Source: Paraspadella gotoi (Eukaryota; Animalia; Chaetognatha). Taken from it: a stretch of 64,000 nucleotides of DNA. Under the pieces are notes generated by a model. That model saw only the letters and a program-made list of their open reading frames with translations, was not told the DNA's origin and did not search any database. The translations under genes and the position numbers were made by a program. Location: contig CM119266.1 in NCBI GenBank assembly GCA_051294375.1, forward strand, positions 1,493,554 to 1,557,553, written 5' to 3'. Numbering within the stretch: the stretch's first letter is position 1; each line of letters starts with the position of its first letter. Below are positions 1 through 13,490 of the stretch, piece after piece.

Positions 1-448
1 ACAAAATCGCAATCACAATTTTCTTTTCTCTTCACCCAGCATCTTCTCGACTTCCCCGACCTCCACCCACGCCACCAAACAAGCCCCCTCATTAACACCA
101 ATGCCCCCCCATTAACCACCAGACGCCCGTCATTAACGCACCAACTCCCCCTCATTAACACAAAAAGGGCCCCCCCATTTTTACATGCCCACAAGAATCT
201 ATGCGTTTGAGACGTCGGAAGTCCGAAAAGAATGTTTTTATTGTTGCAATATTTAGCATTGTAGAAAATGTTTAAGTATTTCTATGCCCGTGGAGTCGTA
301 TCGTCCGTCGAAAAATGTTTTCCAACATGAGTTATTTTCGCGAAGAATTGAGAAGAAAAAGTCGTATTGAAATATTGAGACTTAATTTTTTATACTCATT
401 TGTATTTAATCTCTCTTTTCGTTGCGAAAATGCCTCTCTCTCTCTCTC

Positions 449-546
<98 letters not shown>

Positions 547-2719
547 ACCGCCAAAAATATTGGCCCATTGAAAACTAGCCAGTAAGAAATAGAGGCGAGG
601 CGTAACACATTCACAAGCATTATTTTCAAACTCAGAAAGTAAGAAACAGAAAATGGCCTTTTTTTTAAGAAAAAGGGAGACTATTTTGACTCGACAACTC
701 ACCACTCGATCCCCACTCACCAGAACGGTTCCGCTGGTCTCTCGCCAATACATGCGACGCGCTGACGTCTCTTCATTTTCTACGACGTCACCAGAGAATC
801 GATTTTCTCAGCGTCAGGAATTGATCGAGATCGCCAAAGATGGAGCTGGATGGGAGACGCCGGCTCTGGCGCTCGTCGGTCAGTCCGTCTGTCCGTCTGT
901 CCGTCTTTGATCGTCCGTTTTATCCCTCTGTCTGTCCTTGACGTCAAGAAGAGAAAGGACTTTCCCAAGTCTACGTGTCTGTCCTGTCCGTCAGTCTGTC
1001 TGTCTTTCAAATTTGTCTGTCTGATCCTCTTTCTGTCGGTTTAACTATTTCTTTGTCAGTCCTCCCCGTCTCCCTGTCAGTCTGCCGCCAATATTCTGTT
1101 CATCTCCAGTTTGATTTGGCCCGCAGTGATACCAATATTTTTTTCTTTTTCCTTCAGGCAACAAAACGGATCTCCTTTCCTCCCCAAACTTCCTCCTCCT
1201 CTTCCCCTTCCTCTTCCCCCGTCCCTTCTCCTCCGCTCCTCCTCGCCTCCTCTTCCGGGCATCTTTCCGAGACGAGTTGTCGTCTCGGCGCCGGATTCCA
1301 AGTCGTCGAACGCCTCGTCGACGCCATGGTGGAGCGGAGGAACGCGGCGGCAGCCGCGGCGCCGCAGGGGGAGGGATTCGGAGTGCGGGCGGGAGTTGAA
1401 GAAGGGGAAGGCGTGTTGGTCGTTGAAAGGGAGGGGATTGGGATGGAGAAAGGGGGGGGGAAAAGGAAAGAAAGAGAAGAGGGAGGGTGAATGAGAGGCT
1501 TTTTAGGTAGGGCCATCTTTGTCAATGGGGTGGATCAGAAAGTTTGATTTGGGAACCTTCCAAAGAAACTTCATTACATTTCTGAGAAAACTTTCAAAAG
1601 ACCCAAAATTTTCTAAATGGCTAGAAAAGCACTATAATATTTTTTTTAATATTTATTTATAGATAGGAAATGTCAAAATTTTTTTGGAATTTTATTTTTT
1701 AAAAAGCAGATTCAAATATAATGCTAAGTATATTCTTTTTCAATATTTTTGATGATAAGTGAGTTAAAATTGGAAAAAACCTTAAAAAAATCATCATCAT
1801 GAATTTTGCGGTTTTTACTAATTTTCAGTAATAAAACATAAAAAATTTGTAATTACATTTTTTTGGCTCAACTTTTCGAGCTCTATCAGAATCAATTAAA
1901 AAAACTTAAAATATCAAAAAAAGTTTTGACATTATATAGCAATATAGCGAATTACTCATGGTCGGAACATTTTTGCAAAAAATATTTTAACACATAAGTA
2001 ATACCAATGGATTAGATAATACTGTTCCATTAAAATTTGCATTTGGTCGCCTACCGCTATATTTAGGGGAGAGATAGAAAAGAAGGACAATAAATGGAGA
2101 AATAAAAAAAATACAGAGTGGAAGAAAGGAAGGAAAAAAAAGAGCAAAGGTGGTAGAGCTCATTCGCGTTTAAAATTATGAGGCACATTTTAATCCAATG
2201 CAAAGAAATACGGAGGGAAATGAGTAAAACAGAAAAAAGAAAGAAAAGAGAAAAGAGAAAAGATGCTCTTTTGCCTGAAATATTTAGTTGTAGTTTAGGA
2301 GAAAAAACAATTTTAGTTGTAGTTAAAAGAGGAGCGACTAGTAATTGATGCTGAGAGTTTTTTTAGTTCTGAGTTCTGACGCATAGTGTTGCCCTCCGGA
2401 TATTTATTTATAAACTTATTAGATGTGTATGTACAAGTAGGACTATGCCATGGAAAATTGCTGTAGTATATTGACGATTTTTGTAGTGTCTGTGTCGATA
2501 TAATTTTCCATACATTTTTTTAGTCGACCAAATAAACGCACGAGTTGCCTTGTCTATTCTTTATCTTTATTCTTGTTGATTATACAATTGACTAGCATGC
2601 AATTTAGGTATGCTTAGGATATATATTTATCGTAAATTTGTAATACATACGTAGTTTAATCGAGAGAAAGAAAGAGAGAGAGAGAGAGAGAGAAGAGAGA
2701 GAGAATAAATAAGAGAGAG

Positions 2720-2789
<70 letters not shown>

Positions 2790-2800
2790 TAAGAGAGAGA

Positions 2801-2844
<44 letters not shown>

Positions 2845-2893
2845 AGAGAGAGAGAGAGGAGAGAGAGAGAATGAATAAGAGAGAGAGAGAGAT

Positions 2894-2936
<43 letters not shown>

Positions 2937-2967
2937 TAAGCTCGCGGTGCGTTTAAATTTATGATAN
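1..2967. repeat. Redundant copy of 4464-7433 (contains an indel-damaged copy of the last two Rab exons); probable assembly duplication
   Basis: Colinear and near-identical to 4464-7433, differing mainly by 1-nt indels and microsatellite length; ends at the N gap 2968-2991. Confidence 0.85.
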
Positions 2968-3480
2968 NNNNNNNNNNNNNNNNNNNNNNNNAGAGGTCAG
3001 GTCGTCTGGATGGAACTTCAAAATGGTCTCTTATTTCTCCATCCTTCTCGACCGATATACGGAGGATGGTCTTCGTTATCGCTTTGGTCGTCTTTGCAAT
3101 AAACGTTTTGTAGAAGACGAAGAGAGAGAGANNNNNNNNNNNNNNNNNNNNNNNNNNNNNNNNNNNNNNNNNNNNNNNNNNNNNNNNNNNNNNNNNNNNN
3201 NNNNNNNNNNNNNNNNNNNNNNNNNNNNNNNNNNNNNNNNNNNNNNNNNNNNNNNNNNNTCGCCGCAGTTGTTCTTTTCTTTGTCTTGTCGTTTTTAATG
3301 TCTCGTTCTTTAAGTTTTTTTGTTTTTATTGTCGCAGTGGGTTTTTTGATGTTGTTGTAATCATCGTCGTTATTTTCTTTTTCGTCGTCGTTGTCGTAAT
3401 CGTTGTAGTTGTTCTCGTTTTATTTGTTGTTGTTCCGCTTTCATTAACACGCCTCCTCCTTTTGACGATCCTCTCCGCAG

Positions 3481-4884
3481 ACGAAGCTCCTCTCGCCTCC
3501 CTCAACGACGGCATCGTCGCGCCTCTGGCTTCTTCGCCCAAACGCGTCTTCAAGGTGGTGCTGCTGGGAGACTCGGGGGTCGGGAAGACTTGCTTCTTGC
3601 ACAGGTTGGGTTCGGTTGGTTGAGTTTTCTCGAATGAATGACTGATTGATTCATTGGTTTGTAATTTGTTTGATTGGTGGGTTGGTTGATTTGTAGATAG
3701 TGAACACCCTGATTGTTTGGTTAGTTTGGTTCATTGATTGGTCGGTTTATCTTTCTATCTTTTCGATAAGCAGTAATTCAATCGAGTTTATCTATCCAAA
3801 GCATTACCAATCAAGGCAATCAATCAGATCTAACCAATCAATCCTACCAATGACCAGATATTGCAACGGCGTCTTCTACGAGGCGTTGAACACGACCATC
3901 GGCGTTGACTTCGTCGTCAAATCTTTCGTCTGCAGAGATGGAACCAGCGTTGCACTTCACAATTCTGGGACACCGGCCGGGCGAGGTGGGGGGAAAAGGG
4001 GGAGGGCAGATTGTTGGAGAGGGGGGAAGGGCAGGTGGGGGATAAGTGGGGGAGGGCAGATGTGGAGAGGGGGAGGGCAATGCGGAGAAGGGGAGGGCAG
4101 GTGGGGGAGAAGGGGCGGGCAGATGTGGAGAGGGGGAGGCAGTGGGGAAAAAGTGGGGAGGCAGATGTTGGAGAGGGGGAGGGAGATGTGAGAGAGGGGG
4201 AGGGCGAGGTAGGGGGAAAAGGGGGAGGGCATGATGCGGAGAAGGGGAGGGCAGGTGGGGGGAAAAGGAGGGCAGATGCGGAGAGGGGGAGGGCAGATGC
4301 GGAGAGGGGAGGGAGGTGGGGGGAAAGAGGGGCGGGAAGAGTAGAGAGGGGGAGGGCAGGATGGGATCTCTCATTCACGAAGGTTTAAGCTTCACGTCCT
4401 TTTCACGTCCTTGTTCTCTTCAATTTGCGACTCGGGAGTTTCTTCCGATATTTTCCCGCCATCACAAAATCGCAATCACAATTTTCTTTTCTCTTCACCC
4501 AGCATCTTCTCGACTTCCCACGCACCTCCACCCACGCCACCAAACAACGCCCCCTCATTAACCACCAATGCCCCCCCATTAACCACCAACGCCCCCTCAT
4601 TAACCACCAACTCCCCCTCATTAACCACAAAGGCCCCCCATTTTTTATGCCCACAAGATCTAGCGTTTGAGACGTCGGAAGTCCGAAAAGAATGTTTTTA
4701 TTGTTGGCAATATTTAGCATTGTAGAAAATGTTTAAGTATTTTCTATGCCCGTGGAGTCGTATCGTCCGTCGAAATGTTTCAACATGAGTATTTCCGAAG
4801 AATTGAGAAGAAAAAGTCGTATTGAATATTGAGACTTTATTTTATACTCATTTTGTATTTAATCTCTCTTTTCGTTGCGAAAAT

Positions 4885-4981
<97 letters not shown>

Positions 4982-5877
4982 ACCGCCAAAAATATTGGCC
5001 CATTTGAAAACTAGCCAGTAAAGAATAGAGGCGAGGCGTAACATCATTCACAAGCATTATTTTCAAACTCAGAAAGTAAGAAACAGAAAATGGGCCTTTT
5101 TTTTAAGAAAAAGGGAGACTATTTTTGGACTCGACAACTCACCACCTCGATCCCCCACTCACCAGGAACGGTTCCGCTCGGTCTCTCGCCAATACATGCG
5201 ACGCGCTGACGGTCTCTTCATTTTCTACGACGTCACCAGAGAATCGACTTTTCTCAGCGTCAGGAATTGGATCGAGATCGCCAAAGATGGAGCTGGATGG
5301 GAGACGCCGGCTCTGGCGCTCGTCGGTCAGTCCGTCTGTCCGTCTGTCCGTCTTTGATCGTCCGTTTATCCCTCTGTCTGTCCTTGACGTCAAGAGAGAA
5401 AGGACTTTCCCAAGTCTACGTGTCTGTCCTGTCCGTCAGTCTGTCTGTCTTTCAATTTGTCTGTCTGATCCTCTTTCTGTCGGTTTAACTATTTCTTTGT
5501 CAGTCTCCCCGTCTCCCTGTCAGTCTGCCCGCCAATATTTCTGTTCATCTCTCAGTTTGATTTGGCCGTCAGTGATACCCAATATTTTTCTTTTTCCTTC
5601 AGGCAACAAAACGGATCTCCTTTCCTCCCCAACTTCCTCCTCCTCTTCCCCTTCCTCTTCCCCCGTCCCTTCCTCCTCCGCCTCCTCCCTCGCCTCCTCT
5701 TCCGGCGCCATCTTTGCCGAGACGAGTTGTCGTCTCGGCGCCGGATTCCAAGTCGTCGAACGCCTCGTCGACGCCATGGTGGAGGCGGAGGACGCGGCGG
5801 CAGCCGCGGCGCCGCAGGGGGAGGGATTCGGAGTGCGGGCGGGAGGTTGGAAGAAGGGGAAGGCGTGTTGTCGTTGA
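3481..5877 (+). CDS. Rab-family GTPase domain, large-Rab (RASEF/CRACR2A/Rab44)-like; 3' part only, exons ~3481-3604, 3858-3985, 5166-5325, 5603-5877
   Basis: Spliced translation: ..[24 protein letters not shown]|[23 protein letters not shown](Q) (small indels)|[46 protein letters not shown]|[19 protein letters not shown]1-G5 motifs and a C-terminal CC prenylation motif are present, with GT-AG introns. The 5' exons are not visible (N gaps upstream). Subfamily assignment is by recall only. Confidence 0.85.
3986..4362. repeat. G-rich minisatellite in Rab intron (GGAGAGGGGGAGGGCAGAT/GT-like units)
   Basis: Degenerate ~20-nt units with many G3-G6 runs; G-quadruplex-capable by composition. Confidence 0.8.
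4535..4630. repeat. 21-bp tandem repeat (CCACCAACGCCCCCTCATTAA) x~4
   Basis: Directly visible; also present in the redundant copy at ~70-165. Confidence 0.8.
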
Positions 5878-7126
5878 AAGGGAGGGGATGGGATGGAGAA
5901 GGGGGGGGAAAAGGAAGGAAGAGGAGAGGGGAGGGTGAATGAGAGGCTTTTTAGGTAGGGCCAATCTTTGTCAATGGGGTGGATCAGAAAGTTTGATTTG
6001 GGAACCTTCCCAAAAGAAACTTCATACATTTCTGAGAAAACTTTCAAAAGACCAAAATTTTCTAAAATGGCTAGAAGCACTAGTAATTATTTTTTTAATA
6101 TTTATTTATAGATAGGAAATGTCAAAATTTTTTGGAATTTTTATATTTTTAAAAGCAGATTCAAAGTATAATGCTAAGTATAATTCTTTTCTCAATATTT
6201 TGATGATAAGTGAGTTAAAATTGGAAAAAACCTTAAAAAATCATCATCATGAATTTTGCGGTTTTTACTAATTTTCAGTAATAAAACATAAAAATTTGTA
6301 ATTACATTTTTTTGCTCAACTTTTCGAGCTCTATCAGAATCAATTAAAAAAACTTAAAATATCAAAAAAAGTTTTGACATTATATAGCAATATAGCGAAT
6401 TACTCATGGTTCGGAACATTTTTGCAAAAAAATATTTTAACACAATAAGTAATACCAATGGATTAGATTAATACTGTTCCCATTAAAATTTGCATTTGGT
6501 CGCCTACCGCTATATTTAGGGGGAGAGATAGAAAAGGAAGGACAATAAATGGAGGAAATAAAAAAATATCAGAGTGGAAGAAAGGAAGGAAAAAAAAGAA
6601 GCAAAGGTGGGTAGAGCTCATTCGCGTTTAAATTATGAGAGCCACATTTTAATCAATGCAAGAAAATACGGAGGGAAATGAGTAAAACAGAAAAAAGAAA
6701 GAAAAGAGAAAAGAGAAAAGATGCTCTTTTGCCTGAAATATTTAGTTGTAGTTTAGGAGAAAAAACAATGTTTAGTTGTAGTTAAAAGAGGGAGCGACTA
6801 GTAATTGATGCTGAGAGTTTTTTTTAGTTCTGAGTTCTGACGCATAGTGTTGCCCTCCGGATATTTATTTATAAACTTATTAGATGTGTATGTACAAGTA
6901 GGAACTATGCCATGGGAAAATTGCTGTAGTATATTGACGATTTTTGTAGTGTCTGTGTCGATATAATTTTCCATACATTTTTTTAGTCGACCAAATAAAC
7001 GCACGAGTTGCCTTGTCTATTCTTTATTCTTTTATTCTTGTTGATTATAAATTGACTAGCATGCAACTTAGGTATGCTTAGGATATATATTTATTCGTAA
7101 ATTTGTAATACATACGTAGTTTAATC

Positions 7127-7137
7127 GAGAGAAAGAA

Positions 7138-7171
<34 letters not shown>

Positions 7172-7186
7172 ATAAATAAGAGAGAG

Positions 7187-7262
<76 letters not shown>

Positions 7263-7272
7263 TAAGAGAGAG

Positions 7273-7340
<68 letters not shown>

Positions 7341-7347
7341 ATGAAGA

Positions 7348-7401
<54 letters not shown>
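7127..7401. repeat. Long compound (AG)n microsatellite, representative of dozens across the window
   Basis: Directly visible; the source of the RERERE/SLSLSL pseudo-ORFs. Confidence 0.95.
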
Positions 7402-7403
<2 letters not shown>

Positions 7404-7814
7404 TAAGCTCGCGTGCGTTTTAAATTTATGATAGAAACGCGGGCCTTTTTGACGTTGCGCACGAAGCCCAGGAACGCGCTTTTAGTAGAGTTGTCGTCGT
7501 TGTTGTCGTTGTTGTCATCGTCCACTTTGTCTTTATTTTTAGGAACTTAAGAATTGTCGTTTTTGTAACGATTGAGGGATAGGATTGAGTTAGCACTTTG
7601 GTCTCGCCGGAGTGAACGATGTGGACGTATTTACCAGTAAAAGGGAACGAGGACGGACGGGAGGAGGAGGAGGAGGAGGAAAGAGAGGAGGAGGGAGGAC
7701 GAATAGAATGGCGCCGATAACAAGAACCGGGAACGAATGTACCATGAAGAACAAAGAAGCCTCAGAGAAATTAGGGAGAAACGAGAGAGTGGGTATGAAG
7801 GTGGGGTGGGAGGG

Positions 7815-7884
<70 letters not shown>

Positions 7885-8332
7885 AAAGATGAGGTGAAGA
7901 GAGTTGAAGAAAGTGGAATGGGGATAAAAGAGAGAATTGGAGCGAAAAATAAAGTTTAGTTCGTTGCATTTTATGACATTTTTTGAGAGGTATGATACAG
8001 CATAAATACCGTTCTTTGTATGTATCCGTCATGACTATATACTGATATATCGCTCCGGGAAATGTTGAAAACGAACAAAAAACTTTAGAAAAACTATCGA
8101 AGTGAAAAAGAAAGAGTGGATAGAGAAGAAAAAAAGAAAAGTTAAGAAAGAAAAGAAGTCGATAGAGAAAAAAGAGAAGAAAAGTTAAGAAAGAGAGGTA
8201 GATAGAGAAGAAGAGAAGAGTTTTCCTTCCTCCCGACGACAAAGAGAGATTGCGGTGGAGCAAACGGCGTTTGCAACGAAGGATCCCCAAGAGACTTCAA
8301 CGCTGCCAGATAAAAATTTGTCTCGCTCTCTA

Positions 8333-8367
<35 letters not shown>

Positions 8368-9276
8368 ATAAGAGAGGAAGAGAGAAGTTCCCGCTCGCTC
8401 TTTACAATCTCTGCTTTTCATTATTTAATGTAGAAAATGTTTTGCTTTTTCTTTATCGCGTCCCAAACAAAGGGCAGTTGGCAGCGAAAAACATCGTCTG
8501 GGAGACAGATCTTGTTGTTGTTGATGTTAATGTTGTTCCTGTCCGTATTTTTAACAGCGCATAGAAGTTAGGGAACCATCGCATAGTTAACTTTGGTTGA
8601 TGCAATCTGTGTGGTAATGGAAAATGCAGGTGGTTCAATTTATTGTTTTTTGTTTACGATTCTGCAACTTGAATCCCAACAAGCAATAATTCCCCATTAT
8701 TTAAACCCTAAATAAAAAAAATAATGGGGTGCAAAAAAACCCAAATTTTTTTATTCATTCGAGCGTAAAACGAATTGAAACGAAACAAATCAAAGGCCAA
8801 AAAGAGGAGATAAAAAAAGGGGGAAAATCGTTATCAAAGTTTACCAACAATAAAAAGTTACAAGTGATAAATAATTATATTTTTTATTTATCAGGGTATC
8901 GAAATGCTTTCCTCTCCCTCATTCGAAAGATTGAAAAGCGAAGTTTTGACGTCGTTTGTAAATGAAATCAAACAGCAAAAACAAAATTTGAAAATCTGGT
9001 TTATTAAGAACCTTAAAAAACTATTTAGTTCTTTTAATCTATGCCTCGTAAATGTCTCGCGTTAATCAATTTTAACAAGCATTAGCATGATTAAACACTT
9101 TTATTAATGCTTCGATTTTTTCATTTTTAATTTTCTAGTTACTACTTTTTATGTACTAATTCGATAATTTTTCTTAGTAATTATAATTAAGTGAATCACT
9201 TGTTAAATATAAAACAAAAGCAAATATATTCGCCACCCGACACTCTTCACGCCCGACACCCGGCTCCCCGACTGCC

Positions 9277-12200
9277 ATGAGGTCACCGATGCCCCCGGCG
9301 CTTCTCTTGATACTCGCGGCGTCTTTTTTGGCGCCGATATCAAGCGGCGTCGATTGGAACAATTTCCGGCTGCCGGCGGGACTCGTCAAGGCCAAAGAGA
9401 GCTTTAATGTCTGTCTTTTTTTTTTTTGGTTTGTTGTTTTTTATGGTTGTTTTTGCATTTGTTCATGTTATAGTTATCCCTGATGACCTTTGCTTTGCGT
9501 AATTGTGTAAAATATAATACTGATTAAAAATATAATTACGATTATTAGTAACAATGGGAACGAAACTTGAAAGATATTTTAATTGTTCTATTGAATTGGT
9601 CTGTTAAAGCAAATCTCTCTCTCTCTCTTACACAGGCCAAAAATGACCTTCCCTGGTGGCACGTCAAGTCGGCCGCTCGCGCCAAAGAGCAAAACGTCGC
9701 CCTGAGAACTTGCGGCGACGACTGTACAGGTCAATAAACTTTTTTTGGTACAGTAGAGCACTATTCTTATTTACTCTAAACATAATAATATGACAATTTG
9801 GAGCTTTAATTTATATTCAAATGTGTAAAATTGAAACTAAGAAAATAAATTGTGGGAGATTGTATTAAAAATATTGTTTGAGCACTTAGCTCTAACCTAA
9901 TTTATACCTTGTAGATTTCACTGGGCGAAGTCATTTCACTCTCAAAAATAAGAATCAATCCAAATCACGAGATTTTAATAATAAAATAATCAGAGCAGAG
10001 CAGAATCAGACAGAGAGAGAGAGCCAGAGAGAGAGCTCAAAGCTGTACAAACTACAAAATAATAATTTCAATGATTAGAATTCATTTCAAAAAGTTACAA
10101 ATATTTCATCATGTTACCTAACGTTTCCTGGGCAATCTACTAAAAGATTAAAATTTACTTGCCATTTTATACTTCTTTAAAATTTAAATAGACCAATTAA
10201 AAACGACTTTCGACTTTTGAGAATACTACCAATAATTGGATCAGAAAGGTCTCGTCCAATCAGAATTAAGAACCAAATAATAACCAATGAAATCATAGAT
10301 TAGAGGACGAGTTTGAGAATTAAAGCTACTAACGTTATTGGTATTCCATATAAAACCGAATTTTAATTTCGAAAATTAATTAATTATTTATCAACTATTT
10401 AACATAAATATTATCCATACATTCATCTTGCCTCATGACTTTGGAGAGGCTATTGTTGGTTAAAGCTTTCATCCCTCTGACGAGATGATATCAGAGAAAG
10501 AACTGTAATCAAGAAAAGAATGATATGAATTACAAGCAATAGAAAATCAAGCTCGTTGAATTTGTGGGCTCGACTATAGATGTTTAGAGACGTTTTTGAA
10601 GATGGAAAAACAGGCCAATCAATTCATTCAATTCATAATCTCTTTATAAACGGTATAATAATCAGAAACAGAACAATTCATAAAATAAGACTTGTTGACG
10701 TCAGTTGGCGTGAAAAGATGTACTGACGTCACCCTAATGACCTGACTGAACAGACGACGCGGTCTTTTGTTTATATAAGACAAAAGATCATCAAAAGAAG
10801 ATAATTAGTTTCAATTATGAAAATTGATCTATCAGTACCCAAGATGGCGCAGAAGGCAACGCCTTGCCTTGTATTCTTGACCCACATCCCAACCTCTTCT
10901 CCTCTTCCTCCTCTTCCTCCTCCTCCCAGGTCAACCCATAAACCCTTTGTGCGTCGGGGTCAAAGGTCAGAAAAAAGTCTTCCATCAATTTTGGAACTCG
11001 TGCGAGTTCGCCAATTACGTCAAGTGCAACAGAGTTGGGAGTTTGATGTACGTCATTGAGAAGAATTACTGCGAGTGAGTAAAGATTATTTTAGTAGATT
11101 GAAAGTGAATTAGTGAAACAACAGTTATTATTAAATGCAATGAAATCGGTCGCCATTGGAATTTTGATTAAACGACAGAACAACGGACATGTTAACTCGT
11201 TAAAAAATATTTTTGTGATTGTTAATATCAATTTTATTAACAAAATCATCAAGTGAAAAAGAAAAATTCAGGATACCAAAGCGAAACGTAAAAAATTATT
11301 AAATGTGATAAAAAATTAATGTTATGAACAACAATAAAATAATTCCAACATTTTCTATGTCCCGTCTCAGGTCGACCGTCTCAAAGGAATGCAAGCGTAT
11401 GGATTGTTCGCGCAAAAGTGTGCGACCAGTTTGCTCCACGGGTGCGAACAAAGTTATTTATTTGTCTAACAGAGAATTCGATTCATTCATTCATTTTATT
11501 TTTTGTTTATATAACTAGATTCAGTTTTTTCCTTCTCAGGCGATCCTAAAAACGAAGACTATACCTACGCCAATCTTTGCTTCTATGAAGTAAGTTCAAA
11601 TTGACAACGGAAGCTTTGGCACTTGGATCTTAATACATTGGTACAATTTGTACAATTGGTACATTGTCCAATGGGCAATGGAGGCTATGTCTCATCATTT
11701 GTTTTACGATAATTCGACAAATTTAGCAATATATTAGTAAAAGGATAAAATTCAAAAAGAAAAATATAAACAAACAGGATTAAAAAAAATGAGAAAACTA
11801 AATGTTTCTTGCCTTACTTTTTTTCTATGTTTTTCTTATACTTTTTTCTTTTCTCCAATTTTTTCTGTGTTATTTTTCTATGTTTTTCCCATTTTTTTCC
11901 CCTTTTTCCACTTTTTGTTTTACTTTTTTTTTCTTTCCCTCTTTTTCCCTTGTTTTTCTTTCCCTTTGTACCTTTGTACCTTTGTACCTTTGTACCTTTG
12001 TACCTTTGTACCCTTTGTACCCTTTCCCTCTTTCCCCATGTTTTTCTTTTCGCTCTTTTTCCCCCTCTCTGTTTTTCCTTCCTTAGTTTTCCCTTGTTTT
12101 TCTTTTCGCTCTTTTTCCCCTCTCTGTTTTTCCTTCCTTAGTTTTCCCTTGTTTTTCTTTTCGCTCTTTTTCCCCTCTCTGTTTTTCCTTCCTTAGTTTT

Positions 12201-13021
12201 CCCTTGTTTTTCTTTTCGCTCTTTTTCCCTTCTCTGTTTTTCCTTCCTTAGTTTTCCCTTGTTTTTCTTTTCGTTATTTTTTCCCTCTCTGTTTTTCCTT
12301 CCTTATTTTTCCCTTGTTTTTCTTTTCTCTCTTTTCCCCTCTCTGTTTTTCTTTTCTTAGTTTTCCCTTGTTTTTCTTTTCGCTCTCGCCGTTCGGAGAA
12401 AATAGAAAAGAGAGGGTCTGCACTCGAGAAAAACTCAAGGACCTCAACTTTATTGGTTCAATTTGGCTGGAGATCCGAACCACTTAACGTGGCTTAACTT
12501 AACTTAACTCTACTATTCATTCATTACTATTCTCTTAAAAGAAAAGATATCTAAGATAACAAAGAATTTTGACTTTTAAGAATATACAATACATGTATGT
12601 ACAATGGCATAAGACAAGAAGATATTCAGACCCTGAAAACAATCAATAAATCAATGAATGCGTAAATTACTACATTCCCAAAATACTAGATTACAAAACT
12701 GCAAAATTACAAAATTACAAATTTACAAATTTTCGGTAATATAAATTAAACAAAATGGAAAGGAATTGAGATTATTTCAATCAATTCTACGATTTCTGAG
12801 AACCAACCACAACCACAACAACAACAACAACAACAACCATCGATAACTTCTCTTCCATTCTCCTACACCCCCCTTCTTCCTTCCCCCCCCCCTAGGTTGC
12901 GGCCTGCGTGGCACGCGCCAACCGGGGCGCCCTCACGCGCGCCCAACCGGGTCGATGCCCGAATCCTAACCCTCACCGGTTCCCTTCCAACTTTCACCGC
13001 AATTGGTTCATCAAGATGTGA
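9277..13021 (+). CDS. Secreted two-domain Kazal-type protease-inhibitor-like protein (~205 aa); exons 9277-9408, 9636-9729, 10930-11074, 11371-11441, 11540-11589, 12896-13021
   Basis: All six exons join in phase through GT-AG introns. Signal peptide MRSPMPPALLLILAASFLAPISSG. Domain 1 is CGDDCTGQPINPLCVG..WNSCEFANYVKC..KNYC; domain 2 is CKRMDCSRKSVRPVCSTG..YTYANLCFYEVAAC..PGRC, with Kazal cysteine spacing and the TY-x-N-x-C motif. Confidence 0.85.
10696..10731. promoter_or_regulatory. Two perfect CRE palindromes (TGACGTCA) in Kazal intron 2
   Basis: TGACGTCA at 10696-10703 and 10724-10731; a further copy lies at 13603-13610. Function not demonstrated. Confidence 0.3.
11960..12385. repeat. Pyrimidine-rich intronic minisatellite (CTTTGTAC runs, then ~57-bp units)
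   Basis: Repeated CGCTCTTTTTCCCCTCTCTGTTTTTCCTTCCTTAGTTTTCCCTTGTTTTTCTTTT units in Kazal intron 5. Confidence 0.85.
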
Positions 13022-13396
13022 GACTGTGATTCACATTTTCCGCAATGATAAAATACAAACGATAAATAAGCAAACGATAAAACGTTCTTGTTTTATTTGT
13101 TTTTAGACGTAAAAGTTTGTAGATTCTTCACGCGTCCTTAGTATTAGCTTTTTATTCCTTTGATAACCATGAAGATTAAAAAGTTTCACATGTTTTGTCA
13201 ACCTTAAAACGCGCACGTCACAGTTTTTATCCCCAAACTTTTTATTCTGCGGTCATCAATGTCAAATTTATTTTAAAATTTTCAAAAATTTAATAAAACT
13301 TTTTTTTTTACTTTTTTCCCCGTTTTTTTACAATTTTCACTTGAAAGCTTTTCTTTCAAAACCGATAAGTGAGGGATGGAAAGAGAAATGATTAAT

Positions 13397-13490
<94 letters not shown>

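Noticed and set aside
315-753. ORFs with RERERE/SLSLSL runs here and throughout the window
   Set aside because: Translations of (AG)n/(CT)n microsatellites; no coding signal.
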